A stretch of DNA of 64,000 bases, from assembly GCA_965214095.1 (NCBI GenBank), contig OZ243938.1, positions 992,001-1,056,000 on the forward strand, read 5' to 3'. This document shows positions 17,479-27,123 of this stretch, one piece after another. The number at the start of each line of letters is the position of its first letter. Position 1 is the first letter of the stretch. Position numbers and translations under genes: made by a program. Source of the stretch: Candidatus Poribacteria bacterium. GTDB taxonomy: Bacteria > Poribacteria > WGA-4E > WGA-3G. The notes beneath the pieces are model-generated. The model saw only the letters and a list, made by a program, of their open reading frames with translations, did no database searches and was not told the origin of the DNA.

Positions 17479-19344
17479 ATGATAAGAAACACCAAACTCA
17501 ACATACTGTTTCAATTGATCCTGTTAACCTGTTTCGCAATAATTCTTCCTATTACTACAAATGCTCAGTTTCCTGAATTAGATTTGTCTGGTAATCTACC
17601 TGTTGAAAAACTCACTGCAGAAACGTATATTTCTTTTGATAAAGTTCAATCCGGCAGTGAATTTCAAATTGCAGTTGTTGTGACAATAGCAGATGGTTGG
17701 CATGTCAACGCTAATCCTACACGCGACCCGCTTATACCAACAACGATTGCAGCACCTGATTTGCCGAATATAACCTTCGGAGATGTGGTATATCCGGCAG
17801 GTGACACGCTCAATATCGCCTCAATCGGTTTAGCTTCAGTATATCACGATACTGTATCCTTCGGTATTTCCGCAACTTTACTGGAAAGTGCCCCAGTTGA
17901 ACATATTAATGTGGATTTAGAACTTCGTTATCAGGCATGTAATGATGAACAGTGTTTGTTACCTGAAACCTTGAACGTATCAATACCGATTGAAGTTGCC
18001 AGCACAGAAGAGACTGTCATGTCTGTTAATGACACGATTTTTGCAAACATTGCATTTGATGGACAGCAAGATGGTGAAAGCAAGAAAGAAGGCGGTCTTG
18101 CGGGGGCACTTTCCGGTGGAAACCTATTGCTGGCATTTATACTGGTATTCCTTGCAGGAATTGTAACAAGCTTAACACCTTGCGTCTATCCTCTGATCCC
18201 GATTACAGTTTCAGTCTTTGGCGCAAATGAGTCAACTGGTGTGCTCAGATCATTTCTACTGTCTCTTGTGTATGTATTTGGTATTATTTTAACTTATTCA
18301 ATACTTGGTGTTGTAGTTGCCTCAACGGGTGCAGTTTTTGGACAAGTGATGGCAAATCCTTTTGTAATTGGCTTCATCAGTTTGATTTTATTTGCTCTTG
18401 GACTTTCTATGTTCGGTGTATTTGAAATTCAGCTGCCATCATCTGTGCAGAACCGATTGAACACTGTCGGTGGAACAGGATTTATTGGTGCCTTTGCGAT
18501 GGGAACAGTTGCGGGGATAATCGCCGCACCTTGTACAGGTCCTGCCTTAGCTGCAGTGTTAGCATACATAGCAACAACAAGCAGCGTTGTCATTGGTTTC
18601 TGGTTGATGTTCACCTATGCTCTCGGCATGGGTTTATTATTCATCTGTATAGGCACCTTCTCTGGTTTGATATCCTCTCTGCCGCGTTCTGGTGGATGGA
18701 TGTATATTTTGGAAAATGTCTTTGGGATCGCAATAATAACGGTTGCTCTTTACTTCCTCAAAGATGTCTTTGAACCATTAAAAAGTTTTCTTATAAACTC
18801 ACTTCCGTTTTTTGCTTTTGCTGGCGTTTTAGTTTTAATTGGACTTTGGCTTGGTAAGTTAAAAGAACGGTTTCGTGGTATTTCTTCTGGGATGCGCGTT
18901 AGAAAAGCATTTGGTCTCTTGCTTGCAATTCTCGGTGCCTATATGATAGTAGGAGGACTGCAACAACCTGTTGCCGGTCCGCATCTGACCTGGAATTACG
19001 ACAATGAACCGGCTGCACTTCAAGCAGCCAAGCAGGAAGACAAACTGGTGATGCTTGACTTTTATGCAACGTGGTGTGCTGCTTGTAATGAATTGGACCA
19101 TAAGACTTTTTCAAATCAAGAGGTAATTGATAGGTTAGAGAATTATGTCACCGTGAAACTTGACTTCAGCATAAAATCTGATGAGGTATTGACAGAGAAA
19201 TTCAAGATCGTTGGCTTGCCAGTTGTCATTTTTATGGACGCAGAAAGCAATATCTATGAACGGATTGAAGGGTTTGTTGAGCCGGAGGAAATGCTCAAAA
19301 TAATTGACAAAGTTGAATCAAAAGCCAAAGACAACAAATTATAG
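17479..19344 (+). CDS. dsbD: Thiol:disulfide interchange protein DsbD
   Basis: YQACNDEQCL N-domain, LTPCVYP and AAPCTGP in the TM domain, thioredoxin DFYATWCAAC. Confidence 0.93.
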   Translation: MIRNTKLNILFQLILLTCFAIILPITTNAQFPELDLSGNLPVEKLTAETYISFDKVQSGSEFQIAVVVTIADGWHVNANPTRDPLIPTTIAAPDLPNITFGDVVYPAGDTLNIASIGLASVYHDTVSFGISATLLESAPVEHINVDLELRYQACNDEQCLLPETLNVSIPIEVASTEETVMSVNDTIFANIAFDGQQDGESKKEGGLAGALSGGNLLLAFILVFLAGIVTSLTPCVYPLIPITVSVFGANESTGVLRSFLLSLVYVFGIILTYSILGVVVASTGAVFGQVMANPFVIGFISLILFALGLSMFGVFEIQLPSSVQNRLNTVGGTGFIGAFAMGTVAGIIAAPCTGPALAAVLAYIATTSSVVIGFWLMFTYALGMGLLFICIGTFSGLISSLPRSGGWMYILENVFGIAIITVALYFLKDVFEPLKSFLINSLPFFAFAGVLVLIGLWLGKLKERFRGISSGMRVRKAFGLLLAILGAYMIVGGLQQPVAGPHLTWNYDNEPAALQAAKQEDKLVMLDFYATWCAACNELDHKTFSNQEVIDRLENYVTVKLDFSIKSDEVLTEKFKIVGLPVVIFMDAESNIYERIEGFVEPEEMLKIIDKVESKAKDNKL

Positions 19345-19353
19345 GTAATTCAC

Positions 19354-20442
19354 ATGGAATCAAACAAACAGACAGAAAATAAATCGTCCTTTTCTTTTCA
19401 TCGTTGGTTAGTGTATTTAGAAATAATTGCCGTCATCGGTTTTTTAGTGGTTGCTGTATTGTACACGCAACGCGGTGGGGCAGAACCAGATACGCCATCA
19501 TTGTCGCAAGCGGAGAAGTTCCTTTCTGAAGCAGATGCACACTATGACAAACAGGATTTGGCTACAGCACTATACTTCTATTGGCAAGCGTTACAAGCGT
19601 TAGAAACTGACAAGACTGAAGAGAATAAAGCAGACCGTTTACATGCTAATCTACGAATCGCCGAGATATATTCTCAGAGTAATTGGTTCAAAGATGCGAA
19701 ATCACGACTTGCTCATGCGGCACATATCCAACCGGATCATAAGGATGTTCTGCTTTTGAGTGGCAAATTCCTGCGTGATGAAACTTTACCTGAAGAAGCA
19801 ACTGAAAAGTTTTTGGCAGTCTTGGACAAGTATCCAGATGATGCAGAGGCGCACTATCTACTCGGTGTCTTATATCAAGGAAGTAAACAGTATGATAATG
19901 CGTCAAAACACTATCGTGCCGCAATTGATAACGACCTGGAACTTACATATATTCCTTCTGAAAAAGCCCCAATCGGTATACTTGCACGACTTCAATTGTC
20001 ACGCACCTATAATAAGATGTTTCTTGGTTACAGATTTCTTGACAGAGAACTTACCGACGCGGATATGAAAGAGATTTCTCGCCTCGAATCTCAAGCGATC
20101 ATTCTGTTAGAGGAAGCCATTCAACTGAACCATGGGACACCTGAGATTATAGACGATCTTATTCGTTTACTATACGTGAGAGCAAACGCGCTCAAACGCG
20201 AAGCTGCTACACGACCTTATGCGGATGCCCTTGAAGTATATGAAAGGATTGTGGAACTTGATCCCACGGAAATTCAGGCGTGGCAGGAGATGGGAGATAT
20301 CTATTACGGTTTTCTTGTTGATAAAGAAAAGGCACTTGAGATGTACCGGAAAGTATATGAAATTGAAGCACACGCTACGACTTTAGCCATAATCAAATCG
20401 CTTGAAGCAGAGATTGCTGATGGTATGGAAGGAGCGGAATGA
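19354..20442 (+). CDS. Membrane-anchored TPR protein
   Basis: N-terminal TM helix; PDDAEAHYLLG and ELDPTEIQAWQEMG TPR units. Confidence 0.8.
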   Translation: MESNKQTENKSSFSFHRWLVYLEIIAVIGFLVVAVLYTQRGGAEPDTPSLSQAEKFLSEADAHYDKQDLATALYFYWQALQALETDKTEENKADRLHANLRIAEIYSQSNWFKDAKSRLAHAAHIQPDHKDVLLLSGKFLRDETLPEEATEKFLAVLDKYPDDAEAHYLLGVLYQGSKQYDNASKHYRAAIDNDLELTYIPSEKAPIGILARLQLSRTYNKMFLGYRFLDRELTDADMKEISRLESQAIILLEEAIQLNHGTPEIIDDLIRLLYVRANALKREAATRPYADALEVYERIVELDPTEIQAWQEMGDIYYGFLVDKEKALEMYRKVYEIEAHATTLAIIKSLEAEIADGMEGAE

Positions 20443-20488
20443 AGCATTTACTTATCGGTGTGCTGAAGGATTGTGAAGGAAAGAGAGA

Positions 20489-20560
20489 AGCCGATGAGAG
20501 GATTTGAACCTCCGACCTACTGATTACGAATCAGTTGCTCTTCCCCTGAGCTACACCGGC
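20489..20560 (-). tRNA. tRNA-Thr(CGT)
   Basis: Reverse complement GCCGGTGTAGCTCAG...CTGATT-CGT-AATCAG...GGTTCAAATCC...ATCGGCT; no encoded CCA. Confidence 0.93.
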
Positions 20561-20580
20561 ACATATAGTGCAAAGAAAAA

Positions 20581-20653
<73 letters not shown>

Positions 20654-20663
20654 TTAAGTATTT

Positions 20664-20692
20664 ATAATACCATTAAATGATAGGGTTGTCAA
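20664..20692 (-). promoter_or_regulatory. Putative sigma70 promoter of the tRNA pair
   Basis: Minus strand TTGACA-17 bp-TATTAT just upstream of tRNA-Phe. Confidence 0.7.
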
Positions 20693-20709
20693 ATAATTTC
20701 GCTGAATTT

Positions 20710-21729
20710 TTACTCCTGCCAAATACCGATTTCCTTATAAAAACGGATTGCTCCCGGATGAAAAGGTGTGCCTACATCTCTGGCAGCATTTTTTTCATTA
20801 ATCGCCTTACCCGCACCGTGTGCTTTAGCGACTTCAGCACCATGCGTATATAGTGTTTTCGTAAAATGATAGACCATATCTTCATCTGCATCTGTTGCAG
20901 TGATAAGATGCATTGAGCCAACATTCATGGTATTAAACGGTTCAGTCAGTACTCTCTTGTAGGCATCTACAGGAATAGTGATAGGGTTGAAAAATGGATA
21001 TTTTTCAAAGAGAACTTTTTTCACTGATTCTTCAAACGGAATGAAGACAATATCCAGTTTTGAGCTTGCTTGGGTGATAGCAGGCGTAGGAATCGCGCCT
21101 CCCATAAACGCTGCTGCAGATGAACCGTCTGACAAATAGTCAACAGCATCACCATAGGTTCCATTTACAGGAGTAAAGTCCTTATATTTCACACCATGTT
21201 CTGCTAATATCGGTTCCAAAAAGTATTCAAAACCTGCCCCTGCTGGACCCACAACGACACGTTTGCCCTTCAAATCAGCGATTGATTTTATTTTAGATGA
21301 TTTTGGAGTGACAAACAACCCAACATTCGGTGCAAGCGTCATGACAGAACGGATCGGGTGTTCAGTTTTCCAAGCACCTTCACCGCGAACCGCAAAATAC
21401 GAAATCGCAGCATTTGCCATTCCAAATTCTATCGTACGGTCTTCGCTCACAAGTAGACGTATATTTTGCTGTGTGCCTTTAGTGCCTTCAGCGGTAATCT
21501 CCCAATTTTTGCCTTTGATATTCCGTGCAACAACGTCTGCAATTGCGCTGCCTACAGGGTGAAAAGCACCACCAATTGGAGCAGTTCCTATACTGATAAA
21601 TTGGCGTTCTGTTGTTTTTTCATCCGCAACTTTATCATCGTTTTTCTTTGATGCATTATCACATCCAATACCTAAACTCAGTATTGAGATGAGACAAATG
21701 ATGGGTAGATAGTATCCATAAAACTTCAT
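20710..21729 (-). CDS. TAXI-family TRAP solute-binding lipoprotein
   Basis: Lipobox GIGC; IGTAP.GG.F, DLKGKRV.VG..G.G, PFHPGAIRFYKE.G. Confidence 0.9.
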   Translation of the reverse strand: MKFYGYYLPIICLISILSLGIGCDNASKKNDDKVADEKTTERQFISIGTAPIGGAFHPVGSAIADVVARNIKGKNWEITAEGTKGTQQNIRLLVSEDRTIEFGMANAAISYFAVRGEGAWKTEHPIRSVMTLAPNVGLFVTPKSSKIKSIADLKGKRVVVGPAGAGFEYFLEPILAEHGVKYKDFTPVNGTYGDAVDYLSDGSSAAAFMGGAIPTPAITQASSKLDIVFIPFEESVKKVLFEKYPFFNPITIPVDAYKRVLTEPFNTMNVGSMHLITATDADEDMVYHFTKTLYTHGAEVAKAHGAGKAINEKNAARDVGTPFHPGAIRFYKEIGIWQE

Positions 21730-21796
21730 ATATATATTCTCCTACAATCATTACGTGAATATTTACTTCAATGTTTTTTGTGATTGAAAATCAATT

Positions 21797-23074
21797 TCAG
21801 TGTGAAGGATGTTCAAGTGGTACCTCTGGAGGAAAATAGCATGTCTTTGACATATCTGGAAAGATATGCGTTACATCTCGTCTATAGACATCTCCACTTA
21901 ATATGTCAACGATGCCTCCAAGATGTTGCGGATATTCAGACAAAAACCGAGCAAAACTGAATTCTTTTGTGTAGAAAGCGTAGACAAGTTTCCGAAATGC
22001 CTCCATACCGTCTATAAAAGTTTGTCCAAAACTCCCTAACTTCTGTTCGGAGAAGTCGTCTTTTTGAAATGCATCCACAATAACATCTGCTGCCATTTCA
22101 CCCGATTTGAGTGCTAAAAACAGACCTGTTGAATAAACGGGATCCAAAAACCCAAATGCATCACCAATCAACACCCAATTCTCACCTGCGATTCTGCTGG
22201 CGCGATACGAGAAATCCTTTGTCGTCTGAATAGGAAAGAGTTGCTTTGCACCTTCAAGCCGTTGCTTCAAAGGTTGACATTTCTCAAGTTCTTCATTGAA
22301 TATTTTCTGTGCATTGAGTTTGCCATCAGGTTCTCTGCGGTTTTGCAGCAGGTAGTCTAAACCACCGACAACACCTATGCTTGTGCGATTGTATGGAAGC
22401 GGTATTGACCAGAACCACGAGTCTTTCTCGTCGGTATGCAAGATTAAGGTAGCACCTTCGTCAAGTCCTTCATCCCGATGTCCACCTTCATAATGTGTAA
22501 AAAGAGATGCCTTCTTCAGATGAGGTTCTACCGTGTTTAGGTCTAACTGCCTTCCAATGAGAGAACGTTGTCCCGTTGAATCCACAATCACAGTGCCGTG
22601 TATTGTTTCAAGGTTATTATCTTTTCCATTCTGTGCAGTAATTCCAATTGCTTTGTCACCTTCAAAGAGAACCTTGCGAACACTCACACCTCTGCGAACT
22701 TCTACACCTTTTTCAGTTGCGTTATCCAAGAGCATCTGGTCAAATTCGCTTCGTAGTACCTGCCATGTTACTGCACTTTCGTGTGGGTTGGTTTCGAAAA
22801 AGTAGAAGGGATTGGTGGCTTTACCTGTACGCGTGAAAAACTGCACGCTGAACTTCTGAGGGAAGTGGCTGTTTCGCAATTTCTCAAGCATACCCAGGCG
22901 TTTGAAAGTCCAATAGGTAGCAGGAATCAGCGACTCACCGATTTTGAAGGACGGTTCAGCATCGCGTTCCAAGAGTAGCACACGATAACCGTGCTGTGCA
23001 ATGAGGGTCGCTGCAGTGCTGCCTGCAGGTCCTCCGCCGATGACGATGGTGTCGTAGTTTTGGTTTGTGTTCAT
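21797..23074 (-). CDS. Flavin-dependent halogenase-like oxidoreductase
   Basis: GGGPAGS, IGESL, FPQK (catalytic-Lys position), WFWSIP (WxWxIP), GDAFGFLDPVYSTG. Confidence 0.85.
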   Translation of the reverse strand: MNTNQNYDTIVIGGGPAGSTAATLIAQHGYRVLLLERDAEPSFKIGESLIPATYWTFKRLGMLEKLRNSHFPQKFSVQFFTRTGKATNPFYFFETNPHESAVTWQVLRSEFDQMLLDNATEKGVEVRRGVSVRKVLFEGDKAIGITAQNGKDNNLETIHGTVIVDSTGQRSLIGRQLDLNTVEPHLKKASLFTHYEGGHRDEGLDEGATLILHTDEKDSWFWSIPLPYNRTSIGVVGGLDYLLQNRREPDGKLNAQKIFNEELEKCQPLKQRLEGAKQLFPIQTTKDFSYRASRIAGENWVLIGDAFGFLDPVYSTGLFLALKSGEMAADVIVDAFQKDDFSEQKLGSFGQTFIDGMEAFRKLVYAFYTKEFSFARFLSEYPQHLGGIVDILSGDVYRRDVTHIFPDMSKTCYFPPEVPLEHPSH

Positions 23075-23182
23075 TTAATTCATCAGAATATGATATGGTT
23101 TTTTCATTTTGATACCTAAAATTAGTCTGCCGCTTTACCGTCTTCCGTTTCCGTAGCTTCTGTTTTCTCAGCCGGCGGATCC

Positions 23183-23252
23183 ACAAATTCACACCGATAA
23201 CTTCCAATTCAATAAGGACTTCTCAGTTCTCAGAGATTTTCCCAATAATCAT
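23183..23252 (-). pseudogene. Remnant of a clan AA aspartic protease gene (partner of the upstream small gene)
   Basis: ATG overlaps the upstream stop; reads MIIGKISEN*EVLIELEVIG with an in-frame TGA, then similarity is lost. Confidence 0.5.
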
Positions 23253-23518
23253 TGAGTTGGCACCGAAACCTTAAATCCAATTCGGTAGGCAGCTGGAAAT
23301 CCTATACGGAGACCGTAAACTGTAGCATTTGGTCGTTTTGACAGTAAACGGTCTGTAGCTACTAAATCTTCATCAGCAATAGCATAATCGCCAGTATCAA
23401 TGTCAACAACCAAGTATTTTCCCTTGTTTGCTGTTTCAACTTCGTCCCGAATTTCCTGTTGATACAGTTCCTCACCGCGCATAGCAATGACTTCAGGAGT
23501 TATATCAGATTTATGCAT
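23249..23518 (-). CDS. Small hypothetical protein (DUF5678-like)
   Basis: RGEELYQQEIR..VE..NKGKYLVVDIDTGDY...RIG.PAAYRIG pattern. Confidence 0.75.
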   Translation of the reverse strand: MHKSDITPEVIAMRGEELYQQEIRDEVETANKGKYLVVDIDTGDYAIADEDLVATDRLLSKRPNATVYGLRIGFPAAYRIGFKVSVPTQ

Positions 23519-23827
23519 TATTTATCCTTGTAATATTGATATTACACTTACAATTAAGCGTGAATTATACCTATTCTAAAAATGATTTTCACTTTTTTAT
23601 TTAAATGTCCGAGGTGCAATGAATTGCGCTTGGAGAATGTGCTTATGACATTCACATTGAATCAGTTATTTCTTTAATGGTATGTTCTTAATTAGAAATG
23701 GTATTATATCATTGTTCTGTCAATTTAGACGCATGAAGTTTGGCATTGTTATATTGGTAAGCATCATGATTATAACATAAATATGTGTAGCAGTTCAATA
23801 TATTCTATCGCAGTTTGTTCATAACAC

Positions 23828-25072
23828 CTAACGTTCATCCGTAAATCGCTTTGATTTCAACTCATATCTCGGCAAAGACCCGTGTGGTACAACTTTAACA
23901 ATTGCACGCAATCCTAATGCGTCTCTGATAGCAGAAGTTATGGCCAACGCAGTGTCAGTAGGATTTGGATTAGTGGTTTCAATCTGGACTTCAAGTTCAT
24001 CAAGAGTTTCAGTTCTGTATGCACGCACAGCAAATTCAATCACATCAGGAAACTTTAGGATGATGTTTTCAATCGTTGCAGGATACACGTTCAAACCGCG
24101 AATAATGATGGCATTGTCAATACGTCCGATAACACCACCGTCAAGCACACAGTGTTGACTTCCACATTCACACGGTGTTGGTTTGAGTTTGACATAATCA
24201 CCTGTTCGATAACGAATCACTGGCATTCCGACACGACCTAAATTTGTGATTACCAACTCACCTTCATCTGAGTGTTTTCCGGATTCGGTATCAAGTACTT
24301 CGCAAATAAATTCATCTTCGTTCAGATGGACACCTGCTTGTGGTCTACACATCACACCCCACGCGCCAACTTCTGTCGCACCCGCATGGTCATAGGCGTG
24401 AGCACCCCACCGTTCTTCGATTCGTTGTTTGGTTGCGGGCAGGCTTGCACCGGGTTCACCAGCATGTATAGTTACCCTAACGTTAGAGTCTTTGCTTAGG
24501 TCAATACCTTCCTGTTCCGCAACTTCAGCGAGTCGTAAAGCATAAGTCGGTGTGCAGATTACCACTGTTACATCGTTACTGAGGATAGCGCGTATCCGTT
24601 GCTCTGAGGTAAATCCACCATTTGCTAATGTGAGTGCACCGAGTTGTTGTGCACCATGATATGCACTCCAAAAACCGATAAACGGTCCGAACGAAAACGC
24701 AATCAGGAACCGATCCGCGGAGGTTACACCAGCAGCGTTGTATATGTCTCTCCAACATTTTCCCCACCAATCCCATGATTCTCTTGTGTCTAACCATCGT
24801 AAAGGGGAACCTGTTGTACCTGAAGTTTGATGCAGACAAGTATATTGTTCTAACGGAAATGTGAGATTAGTGCCGTAAGGTGGATGAGATACTTGATCAG
24901 CACTCAATTCGTCCTTTGTTGTGAATGGAAGTTGCTGATAATCTGATATTGTTTGTATATCGTTTGAGATGTTAATTCCCGCATCGGTGAGTTTCTGCTT
25001 GTAGAAGGTGTTTGTCTCTAATACCTGAGCAAGCATCTTGTGGAAACGGTGAAACTGTCTTTTAATATCCAT
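23828..25072 (-). CDS. Phenylacetate--CoA ligase family (PaaK-like) acyl-CoA ligase
   Basis: LPFTTKDEL, QTSGTTG, HAGEPG, DHAGATE, PVIRYRTGD, GRID. Confidence 0.9.
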   Translation of the reverse strand: MDIKRQFHRFHKMLAQVLETNTFYKQKLTDAGINISNDIQTISDYQQLPFTTKDELSADQVSHPPYGTNLTFPLEQYTCLHQTSGTTGSPLRWLDTRESWDWWGKCWRDIYNAAGVTSADRFLIAFSFGPFIGFWSAYHGAQQLGALTLANGGFTSEQRIRAILSNDVTVVICTPTYALRLAEVAEQEGIDLSKDSNVRVTIHAGEPGASLPATKQRIEERWGAHAYDHAGATEVGAWGVMCRPQAGVHLNEDEFICEVLDTESGKHSDEGELVITNLGRVGMPVIRYRTGDYVKLKPTPCECGSQHCVLDGGVIGRIDNAIIIRGLNVYPATIENIILKFPDVIEFAVRAYRTETLDELEVQIETTNPNPTDTALAITSAIRDALGLRAIVKVVPHGSLPRYELKSKRFTDER

Positions 25073-25125
25073 ATATTATAAGCACTAACAATGTTGTTGT
25101 AGAGGAATATAAGAATAGGAGAGAA

Positions 25126-25480
25126 CTACTGATTTTTACGAATTCTAACTCTTCCTGGTGTAATAACACTATAAGCATGCAACAATTCGTTTTCGTGATT
25201 TGCAAAGACTTTTACGATAATTTTTACTTTTGCTTGTGTAGATAAACCAGAAAGACGAATAAGAACTACACCCATGTGTACTCGGCCTTGACGGTAAACA
25301 AGTTCACCAAAGTCTTTGTCCTTCGGTAAGTAATATTGCACGGTTTTGATTAGCTTGATCTAACACTTTTTCATCATCAATACTCGGAGCAAACTCGGAA
25401 ACGTACAATACATTATGACCACTGAGGCGCAGTTCTTGCACAATTACCTTGTTAACACTTTCGTCAACTAATAAATTCAT
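25126..25480 (-). pseudogene. DUF5615 PIN-like toxin with a +1 frameshift
   Basis: MNLLVDESV...GHNVLYV...DDEKVL...ILLTE, then one extra base (GAAGGACAAAGAC) before DKDFGELVYRQG...GVVLIRL. Confidence 0.8.
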
Positions 25481-25708
25481 TGAGTCTCTTCAAGGATTGG
25501 AAAAACAATATCAGAACGAACAGACTGTGCTGCATAATAAAACGCCGCACGAATCCCCTCATCAGTAAGTCTTGGGTATTCTTCAAGCAATTGCTCAATT
25601 GTCTCACCTGCAGCAATTTTTTCCAATATTAAATCAACAGGTAGACGGGTGCCAGCGATAACAGGTTTACCCATCATAATTGACGGATTGCATTCAATGA
25701 GTTTTGTT
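25477..25708 (-). pseudogene. DUF433 antitoxin interrupted by an IS (its start ATGAA is at 27090-27086)
   Basis: NPSIMMGKPVIAGTRLPV..ILE..AAGETIEQLLEEYPRL...IRAA; joining across the IS gives MKTKLIECNP. Confidence 0.8.
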
Positions 25709-27085
25709 GTGATACTCACTACGGCTAAAGCCGTGTGCTTCTTTGAAACACACAACTTCCTATGTGATTCCTGCTTCCGTCTCTCGTGCCTCCCTCCTGA
25801 ACCGCATGAGGTCTTATTTGGACTCCGCAGGCGTAACTTCCCGTCTATCCGACGGTAGTTGGTTTAAGGTTTATTGCAGCGTTGATGTCTCTGTCTATAG
25901 AAACACCACATTGACTGCAATGATACGTTCTCTCTTTTAACGTCAAGTCCTCTTTTTTGTGTCCACAACTGCTACAAGTTTTTGACGATGCGAAGAACTG
26001 GTCTGCTTCGATTACAGGAATACCTCGTGCCGCTGCTTTCACCTTGAGTTTAGAGAGAAAGCCACCTAATGCACTATCCGATAACGCCTTGGCAAGTTTC
26101 TTGTTCTTTAGCATGTTTGTAACCTTTAGCGTTTCTATACCAATAGCACTTGTGTTATTGACAATATCAGTCGTTGCTTTGTGGTGGGCATCGTTGCGGA
26201 TACAAGCAATCCGATAATGAATACTTTCAACTTTCCATTTCTGCTTAAACCAGTTTTTAGACTTTCGCACTTTGCGACTCCACTTGCGTTGTTCTCGTTT
26301 GAGCTTTCTCTCATAACGTTTGAGGGGTCTGGGATTATCATATTGGGTGCCATCTGAACAAGTTGCTAATGTCCTTATACCGACATCAATGCCAATCACA
26401 GGGTGTGTTGAATTATCAACAACTTCGGTGTCCTCTGTGTCAACAGTGATAGATACAAACCATCTATGTGCTGTTCGTGAGATAGTCACCTTGATAAACT
26501 TCCCGACAAAACGTAACGCTTGACGCATTTTAATCCAACCGATTTTAGGCAACTTAATACGTGTACCTTCAACTCGGACAGATTGCTCATCTGTAGTATA
26601 GGATTGACGACAACCACGCTTCTTGAACTTCGGAAACTCCGCACGTTTGCCAACCCAGTTTTCAATACTTTGTCCAAGATTGTTGATAGCATATAACGCA
26701 GCACGTTGGTCTTGAGCATGTGTCCACTCAAAACGTCTTTTCCTTTTATTGAAGTTGACGTTAAGTGTCTGCCACGATTGAAAGGTGTCCTGATCTAATC
26801 CCGCCTTAAAATCTGCTAAAGCTTGGTTATATGCAAATCTGGCATAGCCACATTGAGAGGCAAACCAACGACGCTTCTTAAAAGTCGGAGCTAATGTTAT
26901 CTTGTGGGTTTTGTATGGCATAATAATATTGGTTCTTGATAAGTTTCTGATTTCCGTTGCTGCGGTGTGTGGCAGTCAACAACCTTCCACACTGAAGCAG
27001 TTCTATAACTATTACTCAAAATACATCTAAATGTCAAGCGTTTTTGGACCCAAGCATAAATGCTTGGGATTGCCAGCCAATTCCC
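25709..27085 (-). mobile_element. IS200/IS605-family tnpB-only element
   Basis: Right-end hairpin CACGGCTTTAGCCGTAGTG ending in TCAC; left-end hairpin CCCAAGCATTTATGCTTGGG; removal restores the DUF433 reading frame. Confidence 0.85.
25845..26921 (-). CDS. tnpB: RNA-guided endonuclease TnpB
   Basis: N-terminal HTH (GYARFAYN), GIDVGI, IETLKV, SSKTCSSCG, CSQCG..DRDINAAINL. Confidence 0.95.
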   Translation of the reverse strand: MPYKTHKITLAPTFKKRRWFASQCGYARFAYNQALADFKAGLDQDTFQSWQTLNVNFNKRKRRFEWTHAQDQRAALYAINNLGQSIENWVGKRAEFPKFKKRGCRQSYTTDEQSVRVEGTRIKLPKIGWIKMRQALRFVGKFIKVTISRTAHRWFVSITVDTEDTEVVDNSTHPVIGIDVGIRTLATCSDGTQYDNPRPLKRYERKLKREQRKWSRKVRKSKNWFKQKWKVESIHYRIACIRNDAHHKATTDIVNNTSAIGIETLKVTNMLKNKKLAKALSDSALGGFLSKLKVKAAARGIPVIEADQFFASSKTCSSCGHKKEDLTLKERTYHCSQCGVSIDRDINAAINLKPTTVG

Positions 27086-27123
27086 TTCATGGTTTCTTCC
27101 TTTTGTGCGTATGTATGAAATTT

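Noticed and set aside
23223-23225. In-frame TGA as selenocysteine or recoding
   Set aside because: It falls at a non-Cys position in a truncated remnant; other genes use TGA as a normal stop
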